Origin: Myxococcaceae bacterium
GTDB taxonomy: Bacteria > Myxococcota > Myxococcia > Myxococcales > Myxococcaceae
Assembly: GCA_036489275.1 (NCBI GenBank)
Contig: DASXGF010000271.1
Span: forward strand, 1-35,976
DNA: 35,976 bases
Direction: 5' to 3'
A program made the position numbers and the translations under genes. A model generated the notes under the pieces. It saw only the letters and a program-made list of their open reading frames with translations. It did not search any database and had not been told where the DNA came from. Below, in pieces: positions 25,865-35,901 of this stretch (positions are counted from its first letter, which is position 1; every line of letters starts with the position of its first letter).

Positions 25865-28800
25865 TCAGGGAGCGGTGCAGCCGAAGACGCCGCCACATCC
25901 GGTGGTCGATGCGTTGAAGGACTGCGCGCAGAGCGAATTCCCGGAGAAGGTGTTGCCCGCGGTGAGATCGGGCGCGTTGCTCGCCCCCGTCAGCCACATC
26001 GCCACGATGCCGTAGCCGGCGTTGAACCGGACGGTGCTGTTGGTGAGCAGGGTCGCCGGCGGGACGTACTGCGTCTCGAAGTCGCCCACCAGCAGGCCTC
26101 CCTGGTCCTGGGTCGCCGGGTCCTTGCAGTTGGCGGAGCTGATTCCGTTCACGCCTCCCGCGTACTCGACGACCACGTGGTCGAGCTGCGAGCCGGTCGC
26201 GGTGTCGAGCCACAGGCCCACCCAGTCGCCCGGGGCCGGCGCCGCCTCCCCGGAAGTGAAGAGGATGGGCGAAGTGGCCGTGCCCTGGGCCACGAGGATC
26301 CCGACGACGTTGTTCGGGGAATTCCCGTTGGAGCCGAAGGTGACCAGCGCGCCCGGCGTGGTTGCGTTCGCTTTCGGGAACAGCAAGCGCGAGCCGGCCT
26401 CGACGGTCAGCTTGACCGGGGTGGTGCTGGTCCCGGACGGGCGCACGCCGAACCCGGCGGTCTGGATCCGCACCGGCAGGTAGGGGTGGATGGTGGTGTC
26501 GATCGTGACGTTGAAGGTGCCGACCACGTTCACCATCGGTCGGCCATTGCTCGCGGACGCGTAGCTGCCCTGGGGAACCGTGCCGAGCGCCATCATCCCC
26601 ATGCTGAGCACGTAGTCCGGAGCGCCCTGGACGGTGAGATTGGTGGAGTCCGCGGTGAAGGCCCCGCCGGCGTCGAAGTAGACGCCTCCGCCCTGCGGAG
26701 TGTCGATGGTGACGTTCTTCACCCGGACGTTCCCGGCGGGCGGGGCCGCGGCGTAGCCGGCCCCCACTCCGACGATGGTCGAGTTGGAGTAGGTGCCTCC
26801 GAAGGCGCCGCCGCGCTGGAGCGTGGTCCACGTCAGATCGATGAGTGAGGTGTCGCTCGTCGCCCGCAGGATTCCCCACGGCTGCGCCGCGTTCACCGGG
26901 ACGAAGGAGATGGACCCGCCCGGACCCGTGCCGGCGGCGAGCAGCACCGCCCCGGCATTGACGTTGATGCTGACGCCCGAAGCCAGGGAGACGTAGGCGC
27001 AGGGCTGGATGGTCACCGTCGCGGGCGCGTTGATGGAGATGCTGTTCGGGACCGAGTGGGTGACTCCGTTGCCGGCCCAGGTCTCGCTGGCCCCGATGTT
27101 GGTCGCGTGGGTGACGACGGTGCCGCTGGGCGCAGCACAGCTGGCGGCGCCGGTGACCGTGACGGTGGTGCTTCCCGAGCGCGTGGGGTCGGCGACGCTG
27201 GTCGCGGTGAGGGTGTACGTCCCCGGAGTCGTGCTGGTGAAGCTCGCGCTGTTCCCGTTGGCCGTCAGCGTGCCTCCCGAAGGCGAGGCGCTCCAGGACA
27301 CCGCGCCAGAGCAGGTCCCGCTGGAGCTCACCGTGGCGGTGAGGCTCGACGTTCCGCCGGGGGCGAAGCTGCTCGGGGTCGCGGCCACGGAGACCCCGTT
27401 CACGACGCAGCCCGTTCCGCCGCCGCTGCTCCCGCCTCGCGTGTCGAGCGCGACCAGGACGTTGTTGAGCGGGTCGACGTAGTAGACGGACGTCTCGCCG
27501 TCGGCGGCGACCAGGGTGGAGCTCGTGGCGAGCAGCGGGTAGCGGTAGAGCCAGCGCGGCGTCAGCCCCGGCCCGAAGTGGAGCACCACGTCGCCGAAGG
27601 TCGCGCTGTTGAGCAGCACGGTGAGGCTTCCGTCCGCGCCGGCCGACACGTTGTGCCCGAGCCGGGGCACCGGCGCGAGGTAGACGTAGAGACCCGGGAC
27701 GCGGGCGGTGGCCGCGGGTCCGGTCCCGTCCGCAGGCCACGCCTCGAACACCGTGTTCGGAGGCTCGTTCCGCATCGTCACCACCTTGCCGTCGGCGAGC
27801 GCGCCGAGGACCAGCGGTGGGGCGGAGAGCGTCGGGTCGGGCAGGAAGACGCCCTGGGGCGCGAGGTAGCTGCCCGTGACATTGCCGCCGGCGCTCACCT
27901 TCACGACCTCCCATCCCATGCCGGTGGGACAGTCCACGTCGAAGAGGACCGCGTAGCTCCCGTCGGGGAAGGGGAGCAGCCGGTTCACCGGTCCGGAGCT
28001 CGCGGCGAAGCACCCGGTGCCGAACACCGCGTCCGCCGTGCGCGGCTGGGGCACGAAGACGTTTCCGGGCAGGGCGAGGAGCGCCCAGGCCGGGCCGCAG
28101 CTGCCGACGTCGTTGGGCGCGAGGTAGGTCCGCGCGGCCCCGTGCGCTCCGGCGGTGCCTCCGGGGGTGGGCGGGCCGAGCGGAGTCGTGGTGCTCGAGC
28201 CCACCGCGGTGGTCTGCGAGCCGTCGGCCAGCGAGAAGCAGCGGAGGGTCTGGGTGGCGGTGGGGATGGCGTACCAGCAGCCGTCCTCCGAGCCGGTGAA
28301 GGCGTCGGGGAGACAGAGCAGGTCGTCCACCCGGGTGAGCGTCTGGCCAAGCACGCCGCCGTCGACGAGCGGCGCCACCAGCGGGAACTGCACGGTGTAG
28401 CTCGCCGCGGCCCGGATGCCTCCCGAGGGCTCGGCGAGGGCGATGATGTCGCTGCCCCCGCGCTGGACGACGCTCGGCCGGGCCATCAGCACCCGCCCTT
28501 GCCCGTCGAGCTCGGTCGCGAAGTAGCCGGCGTCGGCAGGGAAGGGCGTTCCGGCATCGGCGGACACCGGTCCGGAGGGGAGCGACGGCCCCACGACGCG
28601 GACGTTCGGCGGATCGAACGGGACGTAGATCCCGTCCGGGGCGCGGAAGAAGCCGGGGAGCCAGGGCGCGGTCGCCCCGGGGACCGCGTCCTTGGTGGCG
28701 AGCGGTACCTGCACCCCGGCCGCGGTCGCCACCGGGTCGGCCGCGGAGATGGCGATGCGGCCCGGGACGGCGCGGTCCCAGAGCACGCGGCTGAGGAGCA

Positions 28801-29557
28801 CCCCTTGCTCGAGGTGGCTCGCGTTTCCGTTCGTGGCGCGCGCGTCGACGGTGAGGCTCACCGAGCGCTCGACGTCGGTGAGGACCTCGAACGGCACGGC
28901 GTAGGGATCGCCCGCATAGGTGTCGATGCCCAGACCCGGCGTCCGAAGGAAGGTGACGTCGTAGAGGGCCGCGCCGCCGTCGGGATTCGCCCGCTGCTGG
29001 ACGCCGTCCGCCTCGCGTCCGGCGAGCCTCACGGTCGGCGGGAGCAGCAATGGCCGGTCGCTGCCCACGGTGAGGTCGAGCTGGGCGAGCGGCACCACCC
29101 GCCCGGGGAGCACCGCCGAGAGCGCCGCGGTGGTGGTGTCGAGGAGCACGTTGAAGCTCTTCGTGCTCGCGCGCCCCTGGCGATCCACGGCGATGAAGGT
29201 GAGCTGCAGCTGTCCGAACCCGGCGTCGGTGGCGCCGTTGGTGACCAGGCTGCAGCGGGTGAAGTCGACCACGCCGGTGTACGGCGGAACGTTCCAGGTG
29301 AAGACGCCGGTGCTCGGCGCTCCGCCGCAGGTCACCGTCACCGCGGCGACCCCGTGCACCGAGATGGCCTCGATGTTCACCGGCGCGTTCAGGGGGATCG
29401 TCTGTCCGTCGCGCGGCGCGACCACCGTCAGGTCTGGCCCGACGCCGCCGTCGGCCTGCACGTCGGGCAGCGCGAGGTCACGACAGGCCCCGAGCATCCC
29501 GGCCACGAGGCAGGGCGCGACCGCACGGAACCAACGCGTGGCCACGGTCACCGGCAC
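25865..29557 (-). CDS. Large lipoprotein-like protein of unknown family with C-terminal Ig-like (Big_2-like) + right-handed beta-helix-like extension (paralog B, 1230 aa)
   Basis: GTG at 29557. Signal/lipobox ...CLVAGMLGAC. Residues ~1-700 are paralogous to gene A. A G/S linker is followed by VSVAATPSSFAPGGTSSLTATV...TYTLTATSVADPTRSGSTTVTVT (Ig-like). Repetitive beta-helix-like turns follow, and the protein ends in a Cys-rich tail. Confidence 0.85.
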   Translation of the reverse strand: MPVTVATRWFRAVAPCLVAGMLGACRDLALPDVQADGGVGPDLTVVAPRDGQTIPLNAPVNIEAISVHGVAAVTVTCGGAPSTGVFTWNVPPYTGVVDFTRCSLVTNGATDAGFGQLQLTFIAVDRQGRASTKSFNVLLDTTTAALSAVLPGRVVPLAQLDLTVGSDRPLLLPPTVRLAGREADGVQQRANPDGGAALYDVTFLRTPGLGIDTYAGDPYAVPFEVLTDVERSVSLTVDARATNGNASHLEQGVLLSRVLWDRAVPGRIAISAADPVATAAGVQVPLATKDAVPGATAPWLPGFFRAPDGIYVPFDPPNVRVVGPSLPSGPVSADAGTPFPADAGYFATELDGQGRVLMARPSVVQRGGSDIIALAEPSGGIRAAASYTVQFPLVAPLVDGGVLGQTLTRVDDLLCLPDAFTGSEDGCWYAIPTATQTLRCFSLADGSQTTAVGSSTTTPLGPPTPGGTAGAHGAARTYLAPNDVGSCGPAWALLALPGNVFVPQPRTADAVFGTGCFAASSGPVNRLLPFPDGSYAVLFDVDCPTGMGWEVVKVSAGGNVTGSYLAPQGVFLPDPTLSAPPLVLGALADGKVVTMRNEPPNTVFEAWPADGTGPAATARVPGLYVYLAPVPRLGHNVSAGADGSLTVLLNSATFGDVVLHFGPGLTPRWLYRYPLLATSSTLVAADGETSVYYVDPLNNVLVALDTRGGSSGGGTGCVVNGVSVAATPSSFAPGGTSSLTATVSSSGTCSGAVSWSASPSGGTLTANGNSASFTSTTPGTYTLTATSVADPTRSGSTTVTVTGAASCAAPSGTVVTHATNIGASETWAGNGVTHSVPNSISINAPATVTIQPCAYVSLASGVSINVNAGAVLLAAGTGPGGSISFVPVNAAQPWGILRATSDTSLIDLTWTTLQRGGAFGGTYSNSTIVGVGAGYAAAPPAGNVRVKNVTIDTPQGGGVYFDAGGAFTADSTNLTVQGAPDYVLSMGMMALGTVPQGSYASASNGRPMVNVVGTFNVTIDTTIHPYLPVRIQTAGFGVRPSGTSTTPVKLTVEAGSRLLFPKANATTPGALVTFGSNGNSPNNVVGILVAQGTATSPILFTSGEAAPAPGDWVGLWLDTATGSQLDHVVVEYAGGVNGISSANCKDPATQDQGGLLVGDFETQYVPPATLLTNSTVRFNAGYGIVAMWLTGASNAPDLTAGNTFSGNSLCAQSFNASTTGCGGVFGCTAP

Positions 29558-29683
29558 CCCCTGCTTCGACCGCGTGGAACGAGCTTACCGGCCGTCGCCT
29601 GCGGAGGGTGAGGAAAGGTGCCCGGTCAAAGGGGACCCTGGGGATCGCTTCATCCAATGTGGCTTCCAGAGGAGAGCTGCGCC

Positions 29684-30892
29684 ATGCTCGCTGGCGCCGG
29701 ACGGCGCTCCACGAGGGGGTTGACCGTGACGTCGCTTCGCGTGGCAGTGCTGCTTGCCGTCACCGCCGCGGGCGTGGCCTCCGCGGCGGATCAGCGTCCC
29801 AACCTCCTGGTGCTGGACCTCGAGCCGCGCGGCGTGGGTCTGCCCGAGGCTCAGGCGGCGACGGGCAGCGTCGTGCGCGGCCTGCGCCAGCTCGAGGTGT
29901 TCCAGGTCCTCAGCTCGGACGACGTCCGGCAACTGCTCGCGCTCGAGCGCACCCGGCAGCTCTCCGGCGCGCGCGCCGAGAGCAGCGTCGGTCAGCTCGG
30001 TGCGGCGCTCAACGCGCAGAACGCCGTCGTGGGCAGCGTCACCCGCGTGGGTGGCAAGCTGCAGGTGGAGATCCGACTCCTCGATGCGACGACGCAGAAG
30101 GTGCTCTCCCAGAAGAGCCTGAACCAGGCCACCATCGAGCAGGTGGCGACCCAGCTCCCCGGTCTCTCCCAGGAGCTGATGGCGCCGCTGCTACGCGAGC
30201 AGCAGGGCTTCCTAGTGGTGAAGTCGAAGGAGGAGGCCGCCGAGGTCCTGGTCGACGACACGCTGGTGGGGAGCATTCCGTTGAAGGGCTCGATCGACCT
30301 GTCGCGCGGCGTCCACCGCCTCACCGTGCGCAAGGACGGGTTCATCGCCCAGACTCGCTCGGTCCGCGTCGAGCCGAAGCAGACCACCGTCGAGGAGGTC
30401 GAGCTCCAGCCCTCGGCCGACTACGCGAAGATCTACAAGGACAAGTACGGAAAGATCCGGGTCGGGGCGTGGATCGCCACCGGCGTGGCCATCGCCGGAA
30501 TCACCACCGCGATCGTCATGAACGCCTCGGCGAACAGCCAGTACAACGACGAGTTCAAGCCGCGACAGGCGTGGCTCCAGGGAGCCGCCGGCACCGGGCC
30601 GCAGACCAAGCCCCCAGACATCGCCAACAACCCCACGGCCAGCGCCGCCTGGGACAGCTGCACCGCGAGCGGCGCCGTCGCCTGCAAGCAGGCCGCGGAG
30701 GACGCCAAGAGCAGCGTGCAGGTGAAGCAGTACGTGGCCATCGGTACCGCGGTGGTCGGTGTCGCCTCCGCCGGCGTCGCCACCTGGCTCTGGCTCAGCG
30801 GCAAGGACCCGAACCGCTACGCCGACGTCGTGGCGGGCGTGAGCCCGAATCCCCAGGGCGGGATGACGGTCGCGTTCGCCGGCCGGTTCTGA
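29684..30892 (+). CDS. PEGA-domain membrane protein with LpoB/CsgG-like N-terminal domain and two C-terminal TM helices
   Basis: ATG at 29684. Signal peptide LRVAVLLAVTAAGVASA. The segment NLLVLDLEPRGV...VFQVLSSDDVRQLL...LGAALNAQNAVVGSVTRVGGKLQVEIRLLD is typical of that N-terminal fold. PEGA module: VLVDDTLVGSIPLKGSIDLSRGVHRLTVRKDGF. TM helices: VGAWIATGVAIAGITTAIV and VAIGTAVVGVASAGVATWLWL. Confidence 0.85.
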   Translation: MLAGAGRRSTRGLTVTSLRVAVLLAVTAAGVASAADQRPNLLVLDLEPRGVGLPEAQAATGSVVRGLRQLEVFQVLSSDDVRQLLALERTRQLSGARAESSVGQLGAALNAQNAVVGSVTRVGGKLQVEIRLLDATTQKVLSQKSLNQATIEQVATQLPGLSQELMAPLLREQQGFLVVKSKEEAAEVLVDDTLVGSIPLKGSIDLSRGVHRLTVRKDGFIAQTRSVRVEPKQTTVEEVELQPSADYAKIYKDKYGKIRVGAWIATGVAIAGITTAIVMNASANSQYNDEFKPRQAWLQGAAGTGPQTKPPDIANNPTASAAWDSCTASGAVACKQAAEDAKSSVQVKQYVAIGTAVVGVASAGVATWLWLSGKDPNRYADVVAGVSPNPQGGMTVAFAGRF

Positions 30893-30998
30893 GCCGGCGT
30901 CCCACCGAGCTCCCACCAGTTCCCCACAGAGAGGGTGCGACTCTACCCAGGGACGCCACAAAGATTCCCACAGAAATGAAATCTTCCGTTTCGACTGC

Positions 30999-31027
30999 TT
31001 GCCCGGATGCCAGGTGGAGGCTAGTGT
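30999..31027 (+). promoter_or_regulatory. Candidate sigma70-type promoter giving a (near-)leaderless transcript of the small ORF
   Basis: TTGCCC (30999-31004), 17-nt spacer, TAGTGT (31022-31027). The ATG at 31037 lies only 9 nt after the -10 element, and no SD is present. Confidence 0.3.
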
Positions 31028-31036
31028 GGGACCTCG

Positions 31037-31234
31037 ATGCGGCTGTCCGAGCACGAGCCCCGGAAGAAGCGGCTGGAGGAGGAGCGTGGCGCCATGCTCG
31101 ATGCCTGGCCGCTACCGGCCCAGGCCGCGGTCCCCGAGGCGGACGAGCCCCTGGACCGCGCGGCCGAGGGCGACGACGAGCCCATCACCGAGAAGGTGCC
31201 GGCGACGCCCCCGCGAGAGCCCAGCCGGGGCTGA
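31037..31234 (+). CDS. Candidate small acidic, Pro/Glu-rich protein (65 aa)
   Basis: ATG at 31037, TGA at 31232-31234. By my count 61 of 65 third codon positions are G/C. The composition (E/D/K/P/L) is protein-like, unlike the S/R/G-rich antisense ORF that shares the same third positions. No recognisable domain. Confidence 0.45.
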   Translation: MRLSEHEPRKKRLEEERGAMLDAWPLPAQAAVPEADEPLDRAAEGDDEPITEKVPATPPREPSRG

Positions 31235-31248
31235 GCAGCCCCGCAGAG

Positions 31249-31398
31249 CTCGACCGCGGCCGCGCTGACTGCAGGCCGTTCGACGACACGCTGCGGACCC
31301 CGACTGCGGCCGCCCTCACTCGACCGCGGCCGCCCTGACCTCGCTGACTGCAGGCCGTTCGACGACACGCTGCGGACCCCGACTGCGGCCGCCCTGAC

Positions 31399-31400
<2 letters not shown>
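31249..31400. repeat. Tandem direct repeat: two perfect 54-bp copies (31263-31316 and 31342-31395) within a ~70-79-bp duplicated unit
   Basis: cgctgactgcaggccgttcgacgacacgctgcggaccccgactgcggccgccct occurs twice with identical sequence. ctcgaccgcggccgc is also duplicated (31249-31263 and 31319-31333). There are four copies of GCGGCCGC[G/C]CT[G/C]AC (31257, 31308, 31327, 31386), and the last abuts the clpA stop. Confidence 0.9.
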
Positions 31401-33687
<2,287 letters not shown>

Positions 33688-33691
33688 GGTT

Positions 33692-34015
33692 CTAGATCTC
33701 CTCCGGTTCCATCGTCAGGCGAAGCGGGAACTCGTGCTCCCTGGCCAGCGCCTCCACCACCTCTATCTTCGTACGTGCCACGTCATGTGTATAAACCCCG
33801 GCGACGCCGATGCCCGAGTTGTGGACATGGAGCATGATGGCCACCGCGTCGGACTCGGACTTGTGGAACACCTCCCGGAGCACAGCCACCACGAAATCGC
33901 GGGTGGTGTAGTTGTCGTTGTGGAAGAGCACCTTGTAAAGCTGCGGCCGCTTGAGCTTCCGCTCGCTCTTGCTTTCCGTCTCGACTCCGCTGTCCGGGGA
34001 CTCGCGCTCGGGCAT
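33692..34015 (-). CDS. clpS: ATP-dependent Clp protease adaptor ClpS
   Basis: ATG at 34015 after AAGGTAGG. LYKVLFHNDNYTTRDFVVAVLREVFHKSESDAVAIMLHVHNSGIGVAGVYTHDVARTK is the canonical ClpS core. The stop lies 4 nt before the clpA GTG. Confidence 0.95.
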   Translation of the reverse strand: MPERESPDSGVETESKSERKLKRPQLYKVLFHNDNYTTRDFVVAVLREVFHKSESDAVAIMLHVHNSGIGVAGVYTHDVARTKIEVVEALAREHEFPLRLTMEPEEI

Positions 34016-34026
34016 CGGCCTACCTT

Positions 34027-35181
34027 CTAGTCCTTGAACCCGGTCTCTGCCCGCCATGCCGGCAGCCCCGCCTCGATGGCGGCCCGTTCATGGGCGAGGT
34101 AATCCCGGACCGCCCGGTCCAGCCCCCGGTGGAACAGCGCGTGGGCGCTGTAGGTGAGGCTGGGAGTGAAGCCCCGGACCAGCTTGTGCTCGCCGCCGGC
34201 GCCGGGCTCGAACCGGAGCAGGCCCCGCCGGACCACCTCGTCCATCCCGGCGTACAGGCAGACGTTGAAGTGGAGGAAGGGGTGTTCCTCGTAGCAACCC
34301 CAGTAGCGGCCGTAGAGCACCCGGTCGCTGGCGAGGTTGAAGGCCCCGGCCACGACCCGGTCCCCGGCGAGGGCCTGCACCAGCTCGACCCGGTGCCGGA
34401 ACCGCTCCAGCACCCGGGTGAAGAAGCGAGGGTTCAGGTAGCGGCGGCCCCAGGCGAACTTGTCCACGGTGGTGGCGTACAGCCGGAACGTCTCCCTCGC
34501 GTCGGCCTCGGCCAGCGCGTCGCCCCGGAGCACCCGGAGGGTGAGGCCCTGCTCGGCCGGGGCGCGGCGCTCGCGCTTCAGCTGGTTCCGCCGCTTGCTG
34601 GTGAAGCGCTGGAGGACGTCCTCCGGGGCACGGTACCCCTCGTTGAGGAAGTGGTACTGCACGCCGTGCCGGACGGCGAAGCCCAGCGGCTCCAGCGCGA
34701 GGGCCTCCCCCTCGGTGGGGAAGAGCACGTGGACGCTGGACAGCCGTTCCTCCCGGGCGAGCTCGAGGGCGCCGCGGGCGAGCTCCAGCGTCCGCGCCCG
34801 AGCGTCCTCCCCCGGAGCCACCAGGAACCGGCGCCCGGTGGCGGGGGTGAGCGGGGCGGCGACGACCAGCTTCGGGTAGTAGGGCACCCCGGCGCGCTCC
34901 GAGGCGTTGGCCCAGGAGAAGTCGAAGACGAACTCGCCGCTGCTGTCGGTCTTCCGGTAGGCCGGTGCGGCCGCAACGAGGCGGTGGCCCCTCCAGACGG
35001 TCAGGTGGCGCGGCTCCCACCCCGACGACGGCCCCACGCTGCCGCTCTCCTCGAGCGCCTCGAGCCAGCGCCACTCCAGAAAGGGGGCCGCGTCGTCGTC
35101 GACGAGGGCGTTCCAGGCCGCCTCCGGGACGTCGGAGATGGAGCGGAGGACCTTGAGCTGCGTCGGGAGCGACTGCGACAT
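34027..35181 (-). CDS. FemAB-like / DUF482-type GNAT-fold (acyl/aminoacyl)transferase-family protein
   Basis: ATG at 35181 (MSQSLPTQLKVLRSISDV...). The family-typical blocks, as I recall them, are PFLEWRWLEALEESGSV, GWEPRHL, YYPKLVVAAPLTP, SKRRNQLKRERR, LYGRYWGC and FEPGAGGEHKLVRGF. The stop lies 11 nt before the clpS ATG. Confidence 0.85.
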   Translation of the reverse strand: MSQSLPTQLKVLRSISDVPEAAWNALVDDDAAPFLEWRWLEALEESGSVGPSSGWEPRHLTVWRGHRLVAAAPAYRKTDSSGEFVFDFSWANASERAGVPYYPKLVVAAPLTPATGRRFLVAPGEDARARTLELARGALELAREERLSSVHVLFPTEGEALALEPLGFAVRHGVQYHFLNEGYRAPEDVLQRFTSKRRNQLKRERRAPAEQGLTLRVLRGDALAEADARETFRLYATTVDKFAWGRRYLNPRFFTRVLERFRHRVELVQALAGDRVVAGAFNLASDRVLYGRYWGCYEEHPFLHFNVCLYAGMDEVVRRGLLRFEPGAGGEHKLVRGFTPSLTYSAHALFHRGLDRAVRDYLAHERAAIEAGLPAWRAETGFKD

Positions 35182-35310
35182 CGGATCGAGCTGCCCCGCC
35201 ACGTGGGGCCCAATAACGATACACCCGGTCCGGCCGCCACCCACCGGGCGCTCCGCCGCAACGTGTTCATGCGGCTGGCACACATCGGTCCAGTGGCTGC
35301 TCCCCGCGGC

Positions 35311-35745
35311 TCAGCGGGTCAGCTCGCGGGCCAGGAGCTGACCGGCCACGGCGAGCCCCGCCCGGGCGCGGGCCTTCCCCGCGTCGGTCTCCATCACCCG
35401 CCCGGCCGCGTCGCTCGCCGTCCCGGCCGCGAGATCGGCGAGCAGGAGGAACGCGCCGATCTCGGGCGTCACCGGCACGGAGCGTCCGGGACGGAGGGGC
35501 CGGTCGCGGAGGCTCTTCGCCACCTTCTCCAGAAGGCCTTCCTCGTCCAGCTTCTTCGTCCCGCCGAGCAGCGCGGCCCAGGTGGCGGCGAGGAGGTCGT
35601 CGAGGAGCGGGCCGGAGAGCGCCGAGGCGAGCCGGCTGGCCGCCTCGTCGTGGTCTAGCTGGTGCGCGTCGGCGAAGGTCGGAGCGAGCTTCGCGACCAC
35701 GATGGCGCGGGTGGCGAGGTGGGCGAGGCGAGCCGGGTACCGCAT
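35311..35745 (-). CDS. Hypothetical alpha-helical protein
   Basis: High-GC3 ORF with ATG at 35745 (MRYPARLAHL...) and an alternative GTG at 35796. No recognisable motif and no clear SD. Confidence 0.5.
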   Translation of the reverse strand: MRYPARLAHLATRAIVVAKLAPTFADAHQLDHDEAASRLASALSGPLLDDLLAATWAALLGGTKKLDEEGLLEKVAKSLRDRPLRPGRSVPVTPEIGAFLLLADLAAGTASDAAGRVMETDAGKARARAGLAVAGQLLARELTR

Positions 35746-35901
35746 GACGGAGTCTAGGATGCAGGGCGCACGGTGGCCGCGCAACGCCTCATCCACGCGC
35801 CGCGTGGGCCGTCGTGGCGAGGTTCCAGGCCGAGGCGCCCAGGAGGTGCCCGGGACGATTCTCTCGTTGCATCACCCCGAGGGAGGGCGGAACCTGAGCC
35901 G

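Noticed and set aside
25753-25896. Extension of paralog A to the ORF start at 25896, overlapping the end of paralog B
   Set aside because: The extra 48 aa (MAASSAAPLPETHTPGGRRDHPGGG...) are not signal-like and would overlap B by 32 nt. The TTG at 25752 after GGAGGG places the hydrophobic/lipobox segment at the N-terminus, as in B.
25865-25930. C-terminal sorting tag (MYXO-CTERM-like) at the end of paralog B
   Set aside because: The tail (...NASTTGCGGVFGCTAP) is Cys/Gly-rich but lacks the hydrophobic helix and basic terminus expected of such sorting signals.
23917-29611. Long ORFs inside the paralog locus (23917-25917 +, 25187-26848 +, 27056-29611 +, 25740-28013 -)
   Set aside because: They are antisense or alternative frames of the two large genes. 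The translations are R/G/E/D/H-rich low-complexity. The chosen frames instead give collinear paralogy, signal peptides and conserved Cys.
31021-31368. 115-aa minus-strand ORF opposite the small acidic ORF and across the repeats
   Set aside because: The translation is S/R/G/A-rich and runs through the tandem repeat. It shares third-codon positions with the plus-strand 65-aa ORF, which has the more protein-like sequence plus a promoter-like element.
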